Shown here one piece after another: positions 1 through 12,277 of a stretch of DNA of 64,000 bases. The position numbers and the translations under genes are program-made. Location: assembly GCF_006345805.1 (NCBI RefSeq), contig NC_043001.1, positions 27,156,001 through 27,220,000 on the forward strand, read 5' to 3'. Below the pieces are notes generated by a model. That model ran no database searches, was not told the DNA's origin, and saw only the letters and a program-made list of their open reading frames with translations. The stretch is from Octopus sinensis (taxonomy: Eukaryota). The first letter of the stretch is position 1; each line of letters opens with the position of its first letter.

Positions 1-473
1 TGTGTCTGAAAGACTCGGACCTGAAGCGGTAGTGGTGGAAGAGATTGTATCCCTCGGCAAGTCCATGGGCCTGGATATGGATGAAGGTGACTTCTACGAG
101 CTCATCGAGGAACACTCCGAGGAACTGACAACGGAGAAGCTACAGACGCAGCAGTACACGGAGGTTTTGAAGGAAATAGGTAACGCGGAGGCGATGGAGG
201 AGGTTATCTCTAAAGGAAACGATGGGAATTTGAGAGAAACTTTCAGATTTTAATCAAAATAAAACGCCAGAAAATGTTGCAACTGGGCGTGCGGCGGTGC
301 AATTTAATGACACTTGCTTAACTCATTTCAGAAACATTCTGAAAGGGACAAGTTTTTATCGAAAACTCCTGCAGATGAAAGTGAGGAAAGCGGGGCGAAA
401 AAGACAAAAAGCAGCGAATAAGATTCAGTTATTTAGTTCAGCCATTCTCCTCTACCTCCATCAAAGGTAAATG

Positions 474-860
474 TGGAGGCGCAATGGCCCAGTGGTTAGG
501 GCAGCGGATTCGCGGTCATAGGATCGCGGTTTCGATTCCCAGACCGGGTGTTGTGAGTGTTTATTGAGCGAAAACACCTAAAAGCTCCACGAGGCTCCGG
601 CAGGGGATGGTGGTGATCCCTGCTGTACTCTTTCACCACAACTTTCTCTCACTCTTACTTCCTGTTTCTGTTGTACCTGTATTTCAAGGGGCCGGCCTTG
701 TCACTCTCTGTGTCACGCTGAATATCCCCGAGAACTACGTTAAGGGTGCACGTGTCTGTGGAGTGCTCAGCTACTTACACGTTAATTTCACGAGCAGGCT
801 GTTCCGTTGATTCGGATCAACCGGAACCCTCGTCGTCGTAACCGATGAGTGCTTTCATTC
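474..860 (+). mobile_element. tRNA-headed SINE (family A), full length
   Basis: A/B-box-like head GGAGGCGCAATGGCCCAGTGGTTAGG...GGTTTCGATTCCC. 12-bp TSD CAAAGGTAAATG at 462-473 and 861-872. Near-identical copy at 4816-5193. Confidence 0.9.
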
Positions 861-881
861 CAAAGGTAAATGCTGTACATT

Positions 882-1539
882 GTTCTTGGCATCCTTTTGT
901 CTCGGGTGACAATGGAGTGCGCATAAACTAATCCAGTCTGGTTTTTACATTTCATGCACTCTCCAGTTTCCACTCCAGTTTTGCACAGACCTGGGCTAGA
1001 TGTAAGAAAATCCTGGGTAGCCCAATCGTCAGGATTCCTCTCTCGACGTAGTTCAAAGGAGTGCAGAGCATTACGTTTTGCACCAGCTTGGTTGCAGGAG
1101 CTGCCGGAAGTCTGTCGAGTCGAGCACTAAATCGCCTACGGGGCTCCACTCTGGATTTCTTTGAAGGTTGTTTCCTTTCCGTAACCCTGGATTGGGGCTC
1201 ATATCTATTTCTTTACTACCCACAAGGGGCTAAACACAGAGAGGATAAACAAGGACAGACAAACGGATTAAGTCAATTATATCGACCCCAGTGTGTAACT
1301 GGTACTTATTTAATCGACCCCGAAAGGATCAAAGGCAAAGTCGACCTTGGCGGAATTTGAACCCAGAACGTAACGGCAGACGAAATACCACTAAGCATTT
1401 CGCCTGGCGTGCTAACGATTCTACCAGCTCGCCGCCTTCATACCGAGTACTATCAGCCGGAGCCAGCTGAACCCGGGACTCGTGTCAGGCAGGGTCGTCA
1501 CTCCCTGAAGTAGTGGAGAAAATGGCTACCCACTACCTA
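882..1539 (-). mobile_element. Short non-autonomous RTE-type retroposon (about 420 bp net) with a nested SINE
   Basis: 14-bp TSD AAATGCTGTACATT at 868-881 and 1540-1553. Minus-strand sequence resembles RTE-clade UTR motifs (GGAGTGGAGCCCC..., CTTCCGGCAGCTCCTGCAACCAAGCTGGTG). Family assignment is from memory. Confidence 0.65.
1204..1437 (-). mobile_element. SINE family B (GTCGACTTTGCCTTTCATCCTTTCGGGGTCGAT core)
   Basis: Head GGCGGCGAGCTGG. Shares its core with many copies in the window. Short TCATA duplication at the flanks. Confidence 0.85.
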
Positions 1540-2654
1540 AAATGCTGTACATTATACTTAATAAAACTAGTTTATTGCAGTACATTCTATTGTATTGTTT
1601 TTCTTTTAATACAATATTTATTATTTATACGTACATTTTTCTTATTTAAAAACATGTAACAAAAAGAAATTGCGGTGTTTGGGTGGGGGGCTGGAATAGA
1701 TTAACGGCATTTTAATTAATTTCAATGGGGAAATTGATTTGACATACCAGTAATCTGAGTTACGAGCTTCGTCACAGAACGAATTAAACTCGTAAGTCAA
1801 GATACCACTGTATAACCTTTGCAGGAAAAAGTTCCAGAAGTATCTAAATTGATCTATCACATGAGGTCTGGGTGCTGATTAGCCAATAACTAGGACTCTC
1901 ACATGAACAAACCGTTGTTACGTCGTAACTTTAACTTCGTAATTCGATGACTCTGTTTCGAGTCTTGCTACAACAGCTCCCTCCTAGTTCTTTTGTGGCA
2001 AACCAAAAGAACAAAAATCTATGTTTCATTTTGTTCAAATTTAGTGGTGGGTATTGAGATGATTATTCTAGACATACTTATTGAACGTAGATGTACGTCA
2101 AACTATAATTTGTTGCCAATGTTTATTGTTCCGATATTCGCTGTACATTTGGTTTGTATTTTTCTCTGAATCCGACCATCGTCTGCAAAGGGTGTCATTA
2201 CAATTTAGAAGATATTAATATTGACATTAAAATGTAGACAATATTGCTGTTATTCAGAGCATAGTTAATTTGTATGTTAAAAATATCATTAATTCTATTT
2301 TACTGTCAATGAATATCAAGTTGTATTTTAGATTAAATCCACTTCAAATCATCACTGGATTCTTGTTTTCTTGTTATATAGGAAAACTCAGACTCTACTT
2401 GGTAAAATTATGTATCGTAGCTCATTAATATTATCCGGCGGTACACAAAAACTATCCTGAAGATGGATCAATAAGCACGATTCATTAATGTCCATCGATT
2501 ACTGTGCATGTGTAAGCGATGTTTACGTATTAACTGTACATATATTATTACAGCATAAGTCTTTACATTATGAGTTCAAACGCAACCGAGGTCAACTTTG
2601 CCTTACATCTGTAGCGTACACTCGACTGAAATTCCTCTCCCCTTTATAATATAT

Positions 2655-3605
2655 ATATATACGAACATTCGAACGTAGCAGATAACAGCTAACCTATTTA
2701 GCTGCTATTTGGACCCCGTTGTGTCCACTACTCTGATTGGTTAGTATTGGCGCAATTTGTCTCTTACTCTATTGCGCCAACAATATGCAGCGTATAACCA
2801 ATCGGATCCCCCAAATAAGATCACATGAGACAGCCTGTTCTTAAGTTAGTTTGAACCTACTGTTTATTATAAAAACCCAGCTACTCCTCGTCTCGAAGTC
2901 TTTGGTCCCAGACCTTTTAAGGTCTAGCCACTGGCCACACAAGACACAACCAGTTCCAGCGTCAAAGCCAGACAACAACACCCGTCCAACAGCATTACGA
3001 AGAAAGATCTTCGTCGCCAACATCATCTCCTTAACGTCGTCAACAACATCTCTACGTACACAGCTCAACCAACAACTGGCACAGGTTCTAACATAGCACT
3101 GTTCGTGAATTACTTCATCATGGCAAATTTCTGGAACTCCTGTACCAGGCAGCAGCATTACAGCCACAACTTTGTACGACACGTACCGCAACTCCGGCTC
3201 TGCATCATCGCCGCAACTTCTTGATGCAGTATTTCAATTACCGTGTACAATTAACTACGAATGGGCATTTCTCATTCTTGTGTCTATGAACATTCGTCTA
3301 ACTTCTCATTATAGACTCTTTCATTGTTATTCTTATATGTAATACATGCATATATCTATGCCTATACGCTCACACACTTTGTTCTCATGACGGTCTGTCT
3401 ATTATTCTGTATACATGACGCATACACAGACACACATGTTAACCTATTAATAAAACTCTCTCAAACATTCTATACGGTTGTGTCTTTCTCTTTTCCTCTC
3501 TAGTACGTATATGTATTATTCCAGCCTTCCGAACAGAGTCGTTATTGAATGGTTTCACCACACTTTACTACGCTCATCTACAAAAATTGTGACCCGACGT
3601 TGAAC
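2655..3605 (+). mobile_element. Putative Gypsy-type LTR followed by a PBS-like motif
   Basis: CCAAT boxes near 2735 and 2798, AATAAA near 3449. Ends ...CATCTACA (3582), then TGTGACCCGACGT, similar to the PBS at 28083-28102. Left boundary and TSD not found. Confidence 0.4.
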
Positions 3606-3848
3606 ACGCACCACAATTCCATCTATAATGGTGACTCCGGCGTCGAACATGCATCACGGTCCACAATCTATACATCTTTTGGGGCTTTGATAAAATAAAT
3701 ACCAGTTGAGTACTGAGGTCGATTTCATCGACCCTCTTTTCCCCACAATTTCAGACCTTTTGCCTCTCGTATAAATGATTGTTAGAATATATGTTAGAGA
3801 AGAAAAAGTTAATTACGTCTGTTTTCTTGCAACATTGCTTACAACTTA

Positions 3849-4245
3849 AGGCAGCGAGCTGGCAGAATTGGTAGAACGCCAGGCGAAATCCTTAGCGGCA
3901 TTTCGTCTGTTTTTACGTTCTGAGTTCAAATTCCGCCGTGATCGACTTTGCCTTTCATCCTTTCGGGGTCGATTAAATAAGTACCAGTTACGCACTGGGG
4001 TCGATGTAATCGACTTAATCTGTTTGTCTGTCCTTGTTTGTCCCCTCTGTGTTTAGCCCCTTGTGGGTAGTAAAGAAATAGGTAATTTCGTATGTTTTTA
4101 CGTTCTGAGTTCAAATTCCGGCGAGATCGACTTTGCCTTTCATCCTTTCGGATTCGTTAAATTAAGTACCAGTTGCGTACTGGTTTCGATTTAATCCACT
4201 GGTCCCCTCCCTCAAAATTTCGGGCCTCGTGCCTAGAGTAGAAAA
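3849..4245 (+). mobile_element. SINE family B, tandem dimer (full copy plus partial second copy)
   Basis: Family-B core occurs twice in direct orientation. Confidence 0.85.
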
Positions 4246-4290
4246 GAACATTGTTTACAACTTGTCGCATTATTGTTCCGTGTAGTTTTT

Positions 4291-4620
4291 TTACCTCTGC
4301 CTTAGCGAAGGTGGAGGTATTGTTTTCAGTCATGTTTGTTTGTTTGTTTGTTTGTCCGTGGACAAGATATCTCGAGAACCGCTGGATGGATTTGGATGAA
4401 ACTGTCAGGAATGTTTGATCTCGTGACTGGCACGAACTGATTAGATTTTGGTGCCAATCCGGTACCGGACAAGGATTCTGGATTATTTTTCTTGTCATTT
4501 TACTTAATTTTTGAAATCGGTTTGGCTCATTTTTAGTATTCTCGTTTGTGAGAGCAGTAAAGTTTATTTCAGATATTTTCATCTTAAAAATCATCTCTGG
4601 CTAATCGTTGAGAGGACGTT
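4291..4620 (+). mobile_element. Helentron-associated (HINE-like) non-autonomous element
   Basis: Starts TTACCTCTGCCTTAGCGAAGGTGGAGGT, followed by a (TTTG)n tract and GGATGGATTTGGATGAAAC, the typical HINE/DINE-like layout. Confidence 0.5.
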
Positions 4621-4624
4621 GATG

Positions 4625-4757
4625 TTGTCCCGGGTGGCACGTTTAAAGGGGCGGCACTTTTGGGTGTGTTGTAGGCAATATGTGTTTTTTTTTTGTAGGG
4701 TCCGGAGGCGGCAAACGGAAGGGCCACTCCGGGAGACACATTCTAGCTACGCTGGTG
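4625..4757. mobile_element. Small MITE-like repeat (end CTAGCTACG)
   Basis: Clearly homologous to 15150-15308. Confidence 0.5.
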
Positions 4758-4815
4758 TATGTATGTATGTATGTATGTATGTATGTATGTATGTAGGTAG
4801 GTAGGTAGGAAGAAA

Positions 4816-5193
4816 GCACTCCGTCGGTTACGACGACGAGGGTTCCGGTTGATTCGAATCAACGGAACAGCCTGCTCGTGAAATTAACGTGTAAGTGGCT
4901 GAGCACTCCACAGACACGTGTACCCTTACCGTAGTTCTCGGGGATATTCAGCGTGACACAGAGAGTGACAAGGCCGGCCCTTTGAAATACAGGTACAACA
5001 GAAACAGGAAGTAAGAGTGAGAGAAAGTTGTGGTGAAAGAGTACAGCAGGGATCACCACCATCCCCTGCCGGAGCCTCGTGGAGCTTTAGGTGTTTTCGC
5101 TCAATAAACACTCACAACGCCCGGTCTGGGAATCGAAACCGCGATCCTACGACCGCGAGTCCGCTGTCCTAACTACTGGGCCATTGCGCCTCC
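4816..5193 (-). mobile_element. SINE family A, second copy, inserted in (TATG)n
   Basis: Reverse complement of 474-860 with few substitutions. (TATG)n lies on both sides. Confidence 0.9.
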
Positions 5194-5284
5194 ACTCGTA
5201 TGTATGTATGTGTGTGTGTATGTGTGTATGTATGTATGTATGTATGTATGTAGTTAACCACATCATAGAGAGGGAAAGAGACGG

Positions 5285-5441
5285 AGAAGAAGAAGAAGAA
5301 GAAGAAGAAGAAGAAGAAGAAGAAGAAGAAGAAGAAGAAGAAGAAGAAGAAGAAGAAGAAGAAGAAGAAGAAGAAGAAGAAGAAGAAGAAGAAGAAGAAG
5401 AAGAAGAAGAAGAAGAAGAAGAAGAAGAAGAAGAAGAAGAA
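5285..5441. repeat. (GAA)n microsatellite, about 52 units
   Basis: Perfect trinucleotide run. Confidence 0.98.
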
Positions 5442-6206
5442 ATCGGTTCCAGTATTTAACTTGTACTTTGCTTGTAGACCACTGAAGACATGGATGTTAA
5501 AGCTGTCTTCGGTGGGATTTGAACGCAGAACAGAAACAGCTGCACTTTGGTTTAACTACCCAATCATAAATTAAAGCGTTTGTGTTGACTTTTTGAAGTT
5601 AAGTCAAAAGCATTTCCAAAACTAGAAGATTTTTTTTATCTAAATACGAATCTTTACAACAAGCCTATCACTCACTAGCTGCATACTTAGTGTAACTCCA
5701 GCTGACAGACAGAAATAGTTCCTTCTGTCTTGTGTTCCGACAACATAGTCAACATTCAGATTGTAATGAAACTCCTTATAAACAAATGAAAATTTTCACC
5801 AGGAATGGGTTTCTAGCTGTTGACATACTGTAAACTATCAATCAGAACCATATAAATACACTCCCGCTACCAACACAACAAAATAGACGTCATTTTGTGC
5901 TTTCTTTCTTTTTCTTTTCTTCTTTTTGTCATTCAAGAGTCTCTGCGCAATTTCATCTTTCTGTGTCAACATAGAACTTTTCAATTTCATAAATTTCGCC
6001 GTTGCTTTTTACATTTTTGTTTTTATTTTGGGTGTTTTGTTCTCTTAAGTGCTCTTACAGTATAATAATTCTAAATAGTGTTGCTGCTCTTTTCTAGTTC
6101 AGGTTAGTGGAATGATATTAGTTTACAAAGCAGATTTACATTATGACATGTTCAGAACGATTTTATTTCCTTCCAATTTCACATACAAGCTTTTCCTTTA
6201 TTCCAT

Positions 6207-6718
6207 ACTAGCAGTATTGCCCGGCTTTGCAAAATGGTCACATTTAATTCAAAGCGTTAAAAGAGTTATGAAAACAATTGGTATGTGTTCACAAAGTCCA
6301 AACGATTAATACAAAAAAACCCTCCAGGCTACATCCCGAAAATTCATTTCTTTGTCGAATTTCTACAATGTTTACGGCGATTCGTTTTTATATCTTGATT
6401 TTTTTATTTTTCATGCAATTTACGCATGCTTGCACGCGTGGTGAACACAGTTCACGTCAAACAGCTGACTGAGTAAAGTTCACTATTCAATGCATGGGAT
6501 AAGGCCTAAACAAACATATTATCGATTTTTGCACTAGCGAGATAAATTTCGGAACAGAAATAGCGCAGTTCAATTTTCATTCGCCTAAACTTTAAGTGAC
6601 CCATTTTTGGTGGTTCTACGATTTGTTGGCTAGGAGGAGATGTGCCGGGAAGTTAAACACACAGACACACAAACAGATACACACACAGACACACAAGTTG
6701 AGTTTTATATATATAGAT
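6207..6718 (+). mobile_element. Helitron/Helentron-type non-autonomous element
   Basis: 5' ACTAGCAGTATTGCCCGGC, subterminal (CACAGA)n tract, 3' TTTTATATATATAGAT. Confidence 0.6.
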
Positions 6719-6989
6719 TTTCTCGTAGCAACATTGTCGTTTGAAAAGTTTGCAAATAAATGAACTACCAACTTGAAACAGCATTATATTTCATTGTTTT
6801 TTATGGAGAGGGGATAAAATATTTGCATCTGTTTAAAAACTGATTACTGTTGAGGTTAAAGCGTCGCGATTAGACAATAGACGATCTTCCCTAGCTTCAT
6901 CAATCAGGTTATTGATGGTGTTATCTGGCTCCTTGTTATGACCATCTAGTCCTTTTAGATGTAAAGTGGAATAAATTATCTAATGAGTC

Positions 6990-7425
6990 TGTAACAAGAC
7001 GAAAGGTCTGTAACACTGGAGGGGTGCAGCTCTCATTCCTTACATTAAATTATTAATCGAAGGAAAAGCCAAGACTTCCGAATATCTTCAACGGCATAAA
7101 TATTTTTATTTCTGGATTCGCAATATATACATTCTTCTTCGGGGCGAATCGGTACCCGAGGAGCTCGTCGCATTAGTCAAGTGGAGTGAGCCAAATCCTG
7201 TCCGTTCGAGCATAGTGCAGCAACGCCACGCGGTAGCAGTTTGAGAGAGGTGCTGTAACACGACCGTCTTATTCGACTGTCATCATTCGGGAGAGGTCGA
7301 TACGCGAGAAATTTTGCTGCTGCAAGTTTTCTGCGCATGCGCACGAGGGAACTTCCGGCAGGCCTCCCGGAAGAATCCAAACTCTGCGTATGCGTGCTGA
7401 AGATTTCCAAAATGGCGTCACTACA
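6990..7425 (-). mobile_element. Solo LTR (Gypsy-type), 436 bp
   Basis: TGTAAC...CACTACA termini, the same as the LTRs at 25957-28687. 4-bp TSD AGTC at 6986-6989 and 7426-7429. Confidence 0.8.
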
Positions 7426-7810
7426 AGTCCTTTCCCTACTTAATACAGTTGTGTATGATTTGAAGAAGATTGAGCTGAGCAGGTTGAGCACCAAATAAGT
7501 GTTTGGATGCGTGGATTCCAATATGAGCATTAATCACCGGTAGATTAGTAAATTACCATGCTGGTATATTTAGTATATAGGAGAGAGAGAATCAAATAGG
7601 TGTTTGACAACTTAAACAAGGTGTGCGATGGTGAGTTAATTGAACCATAGTTTTAAAGCTAGGAACTTGTTTACATCACTAATGCAAAAAGCAAATTTTG
7701 GTCTTATATTCTATTCATATACAACACATAAAGCACATGTTGGTATTTTCTTCTGATCACTCACTACGTACAGCAATATTTTCATAACACAGTGTGAGTG
7801 AGCAGTGTAA

Positions 7811-8074
7811 TAAAAATAAAAATAAATGCGCCCTTTTAAAGCCTAGCCAGGCTCATGGGCCCGGTTTCCCGGTTTCTATGGCGTATGTGTTCCCCAGCTG
7901 GACGGGACGCCAGTCCATCGCAGCGTTACTCATTTTTGCCAGCTGAGTGGACTGGAGCAACGTGAAATGAAGTATTTTGCTCAAGAACACAACGCGTCGC
8001 CTGGTCCAGGAATCGAAACCACAATCTTACGATCATGTTGCTGACACTCTAACCACTAAGCCACGCGCCTCCAC
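7811..8074 (-). mobile_element. tRNA-headed SINE family D (V-domain-like CTGCGATGGACTGGCGTCCCGTCCAG)
   Basis: 15-bp TSD GAGTGAGCAGTGTAA at 7796-7810 and 8075-8089. Other copies at 18473-18697, 54119-54370 and partial 15825-15945. Confidence 0.9.
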
Positions 8075-8857
8075 GAGTGAGCAGTGTAAACGATCAAATA
8101 TTTTTTGGGGGTGCTTATAAATTTCATTCGATTATTCATTTATTGGATGTTTGCTGACGAACATTCGGTGTATCATTTTTATAAACTACTTCAATAAATA
8201 CGATGAAAATTATGCTTCGCTTGGCAAGTCAGGAAAAGGCCGAAACATTTCCAGTTTCTGTTGGAAAAACATATATGGCATTAGTCATTGATTGACATCG
8301 CATTTTCTCCCTTGCTGCTTATTCACGATAATCACGAGACGGTTCAATAATGCAACATTTCCTATCCATAGAAAGAACAAGAATCAGTGATTCTAATATC
8401 ACGATCAAACATTTTTGCGTCTCCAAGACAAATTTGAAAATTTGAGCAAAACACTCCATGATTGTATCTAGCCAATACCAATAAATGGTGCAATTAATCA
8501 GTATAGTAACAATAAGGAATTATTGTACGAAATGCAATGTAACAAAAATGAAAAGTAGGCTCATTATGTAATAGAATGAAAGATCCGCTATTACATAATG
8601 AGCAAAGAGCAGAATATTATGATATTATGTGTAGCAGCTTATAAAACAAAGGCTTCTTCAATGACTTTCCCCGAGACACCACATAGGATTGACAACAGAT
8701 TTGTCACCAATTGGATTCTCTCAAAAGAGACTCTGCGCTTCCGGCTAGCATGTTTGATGAGTCATTAATATTGCCAAGTGCAATAGTCAGCGCAAAACCG
8801 TCGGTCGGTAAGATTCTGACCAGTTATATACCATAATTAGGAATATTGTGCTTCACA

Positions 8858-8868
8858 ATATATATATA

Positions 8869-8924
<56 letters not shown>

Positions 8925-9221
8925 TAATATATATATATATAATATATAAATATATATATAATATATAAATATATAAATATATATATATATATAAATATAT
9001 ATAAATATATAATAAATATATATATATTATATAAAATATATATAAACATATATATATAAATATATATAAATATATATATATATAAATATATATAAATATA
9101 TATATATAAATATATATAAATATATATATATATATAAATATAAATATATATAAATATATATATATATAAATATATATATAAATATATATATATAAATATA
9201 TATATAATAAATATATATATA

Positions 9222-9291
<70 letters not shown>

Positions 9292-9597
9292 TAAATATAT
9301 ATAAATATATAATATATAAATATATATATATATATAAATATATATAAACATATATATATAAATATATATATATATATAAATATATATAAACATATATATA
9401 TAAATATATATTATATAAAATATATATATATATAAATATATATAAATATATATAATATAAATATATATAAATATAATATATATATATATATAAATATAAA
9501 TATATATAAATATATATATATATATAAATATATATATATAAATATATATATATAAATATATATATATAATATATATATAATATATATATATATAAAT

Positions 9598-9678
<81 letters not shown>

Positions 9679-9686
9679 GGGGGGGG
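8858..9686. repeat. About 800-bp degenerate (TA)n / (TATATAAA)n tract ending in (AG)n and a G run
   Basis: Almost only A and T. Source of the YI/IY ORFs. Confidence 0.97.
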
Positions 9687-9835
9687 AGAATTCACAAAAA
9701 AAACCCAAAAGACGAAGACAGGTGGTGTAGACAACAAATAGATGTATTAGTATAACGCTCGGGAAGTGAAAAAGTCTTTAACGTTTCGAGCCTACGCTCT
9801 TCCACAGAAAGGAACACACAAAGAAACAAGGAACA
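9687..9835 (-). mobile_element. Penelope-like terminal repeat fragment with a hammerhead-like motif (9776-9811)
   Basis: Minus strand CTTT-CTGTGGA-A-GAGC-GTAG-GCTC-GAAA-CG-TT-AAAG. Core A6 is mutated. Abuts (TA)n. Confidence 0.6.
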
Positions 9836-10500
9836 TCGATGAAAAGAAGAAGACAAAGAAAATTCTTAACATCTTTAATTATAAGTTACAAATGTTTCCG
9901 TACCATCTCCATTTGCAACGTCAGTTTTCGCGGAAATTCTAAAAGAAAAATTACGTAATATTTGCAGTTTTGGGCATTGGAGAGGCTCTTCCTCAGACTT
10001 ACATCAAAGACGTGCTATTGCATTGTGTGTCTATCAGACCTTGTTGTTAGGAAAGTATCAGGAGGAAATAAAGAAGAAAAAATTAAAAGTGTGTATGCAG
10101 GATGAGTCTGTGGGGAAGATATTATGTGTGTGTGTGTGGGGGGGGGGTCAAGAGGGTGGATGCGTATAATAATAGGAGGGAGAAAGGGAAGGAGAGGGAG
10201 GCCAGCTGCTGACAACTTTTCCCATCTTCTCAAGGTAAATATTCGATCTTTCTCTGTTGTTTTCACAGTTGTAATGCGTTCGAAATTTTCTTCCTTGTCA
10301 GTAATATATACATACATACTCGTACATACACACAGAAATTTGGGATCAGTGTTGTAGCATGTGTATTTTGTAAGTTGCAGTTACTTTCTGCAGAGACATT
10401 AGCGACGAAGTGAACTAAAATATATACAATTCGGAATCGAAACTGTGTGGAAGATTCATTCAGTTCGCCCGTTATATTACATCAATAAGTATATATTCAG

Positions 10501-10855
10501 TTCTGTTGTGTCTGAGGAGAGCCATTCTCTTTTAGTGCCTTATTATTTAACACACTCACCGGTAAAATTTCCACTTATTTCTTATTTTTATTTTCTAAAA
10601 TTTTCGTTGCGTCTTGCAACCTTTTCAATGGTCTTGCCTCTGTCCCTTAGAGTCAAGACCATTGAAAAGGTTGCAAGACGCAACGAAAATTTTAGAAAAT
10701 AAAAATAAGAAATAAGTGGAAATTGTACCGGTGAGTGTGTTAAATAATAAGGCACTAAAAGAGAATGACTCTCCCCAGACACAACAGAATATACTTCAAC
10801 ACACGAACTCATATAAAGAATCTTGCAAACCAAATCCAAAAACGAAATATATATT
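10501..10855. mobile_element. Inverted pair of Penelope-like terminal repeats (palindrome 10501-10789)
   Basis: About 135-bp arms are near-perfect reverse complements around a 16-nt spacer. Related to 30795-31090. Confidence 0.65.
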
Positions 10856-10939
10856 CAGTGTTTATATTTTTGATATATATATTTTGTAGATGAGACCCGA
10901 ACATGACGTCTAATTGAATTTGATGACAAGCTCTTTTTG

Positions 10940-11275
10940 GCATAACTTGAAAAAGATCATGCAGTTTCAGTTGAAGAATTGATAAGCAAGCTTCGTTCAA
11001 ACCATACAACTGTTCACCGCCGTCTTCAACAGCTTGGAAAAGTACCAAAACTCAGAAAATTATTTGTCTGAAGCCAACCGCAAATACCAAGTGGACATCT
11101 GCTCTTCTCTTCATTCTCGTGAACTCATCTCACCCTTTTTGGACAGACTGGTGACCGGTGATGAAAAATGAGTCTGTAATCAAAATGTTAAGCGTCGTAG
11201 ACTTTGGCTTGATGAAAGGGAAAAGGCCTGACCACAACCGAAAACGGAATCCCTGGAGACAAAAGCGCGCGCGCA
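10940..11275 (+). pseudogene. Mariner transposase fragment
   Basis: Translates to HTTVHRRLQQLGKVPKL...FLDRLVTGDEK, with the first catalytic Asp motif. Contains stops and deletions. Confidence 0.85.
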
Positions 11276-12277
11276 CAGAAATAGTCACATACAGATAAAG
11301 ATAGGGGGAGACAGAGAGACAACACAATTTATTAATTGAATACGAGTAGCATAAACGTTTTTATGTGGTTAGTAAGCAAGCTACTTACCACTTCTGTGCC
11401 AATAAGTGTATACTTGAAAATTTAGTAGTTTCGTTAATAGAATGCAAAAACTAAATTTCTCAAATACCAGAATATTGTGTATGCAGATTGTAAGTCGGCT
11501 CTAAAAGCAGTCTTACATAACTTCAAGAACATTGTCCCAGTTCCCCTCTCACATGATTCACTTGAAGACCTGACTCGTCGAACGATGAACACCCTGATTC
11601 TCCTACCAACAAAGAGTACGTAGTTGATTCTAAGAAATATGAGCCATGCTTGTTTAATCAACAAGATTTGAATGAGTTAGAAGTTTTGGGATCCAGACTA
11701 CGGCAACGGAATCTCTTACAGCAAGGGACGAAAATTTCCTTTTTCCGTTTTCGCTATGAAGGCTTATCTCTTTTTCAAGTAAAAAGATAATGCTTGTTTC
11801 TGTGCTGACATTAATGCACTCATGCAAAAACTAGGACACATGCACGTGGCTAACGAATGGAGATTGTTTGTAGATTCGAGTAAGATTAGTCTCAAAGCTG
11901 TGTTGTTACATAATAGTAATGAAAAACCTCCCATTCCTGTGGGTCGTGTTGTCGGTATGGAAGAAACTTATGAATCGATGGAACTCATTCTGAAAGGAGC
12001 TAATTACTCAGTTCATAAGTGGAGTATTTGTGGTGATTTAAATGTGATTTCCTTCCTCTTGGGACTACAGCTGGGATAGACCAGAAATATGTGCTTCTTG
12101 TGTATTTGGGACAGCTGCGACGACACTGTAAAAGATTGGCCTAAAAGATATGAGCGTATAGTTGGTCGGTACAATGTGCAGCATATGCCACTAGTAGACC
12201 CGCAAAAGATCTTCCTTGCACCCCTTCACATCAAACTCGGCCTCATGGAAAACTTTGTGAAAGCAATGACACACAAT

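Larger units (their letters stand above)
1..1810 (+). mobile_element. Tigger/pogo-family DNA transposon, 3' part (decayed transposase C-terminus at 2-420, right TIR ending 1810, TA TSD), interrupted by three nested retro-insertions
   Basis: ORF 2..253 EEIVSLGKSMGLDMDEGDFYELIEEHSEELTTE resembles the Tigger/pogo transposase C-terminal acidic region. Right end reads CAGTGGTATCTTGACTTACGAG on the minus strand, followed by TA at 1811-1812. Confidence 0.8.

Noticed and set aside
475-560. tRNA genes at SINE heads (also 5110-5193, 8000-8074 and others)
   Set aside because: tRNA-derived promoter regions continue into SINE bodies with TSDs. No complete cloverleaf.
2841-3191. 116-aa and 81-aa overlapping ORFs
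   Set aside because: No recognisable domain. They lie in a CpG-rich putative LTR.
5091-5459. Poly-Glu ORF
   Set aside because: Translation of a SINE head plus (TATG)n and (GAA)n microsatellites. No splice or coding context.
7320-7500. Host-gene promoter and ATG (MASLQVLSLL...)
   Set aside because: The motifs lie inside a TSD-bounded solo LTR, and the frame stops after 28 codons.
8837-9737. Long YI/IY ORFs (also at 37.6, 39, 43.5, 47.8, 48.6, 53.1 and 63.1 kb)
   Set aside because: Stop-free frames of (TA)n, (TG)n and (TATG)n tracts.
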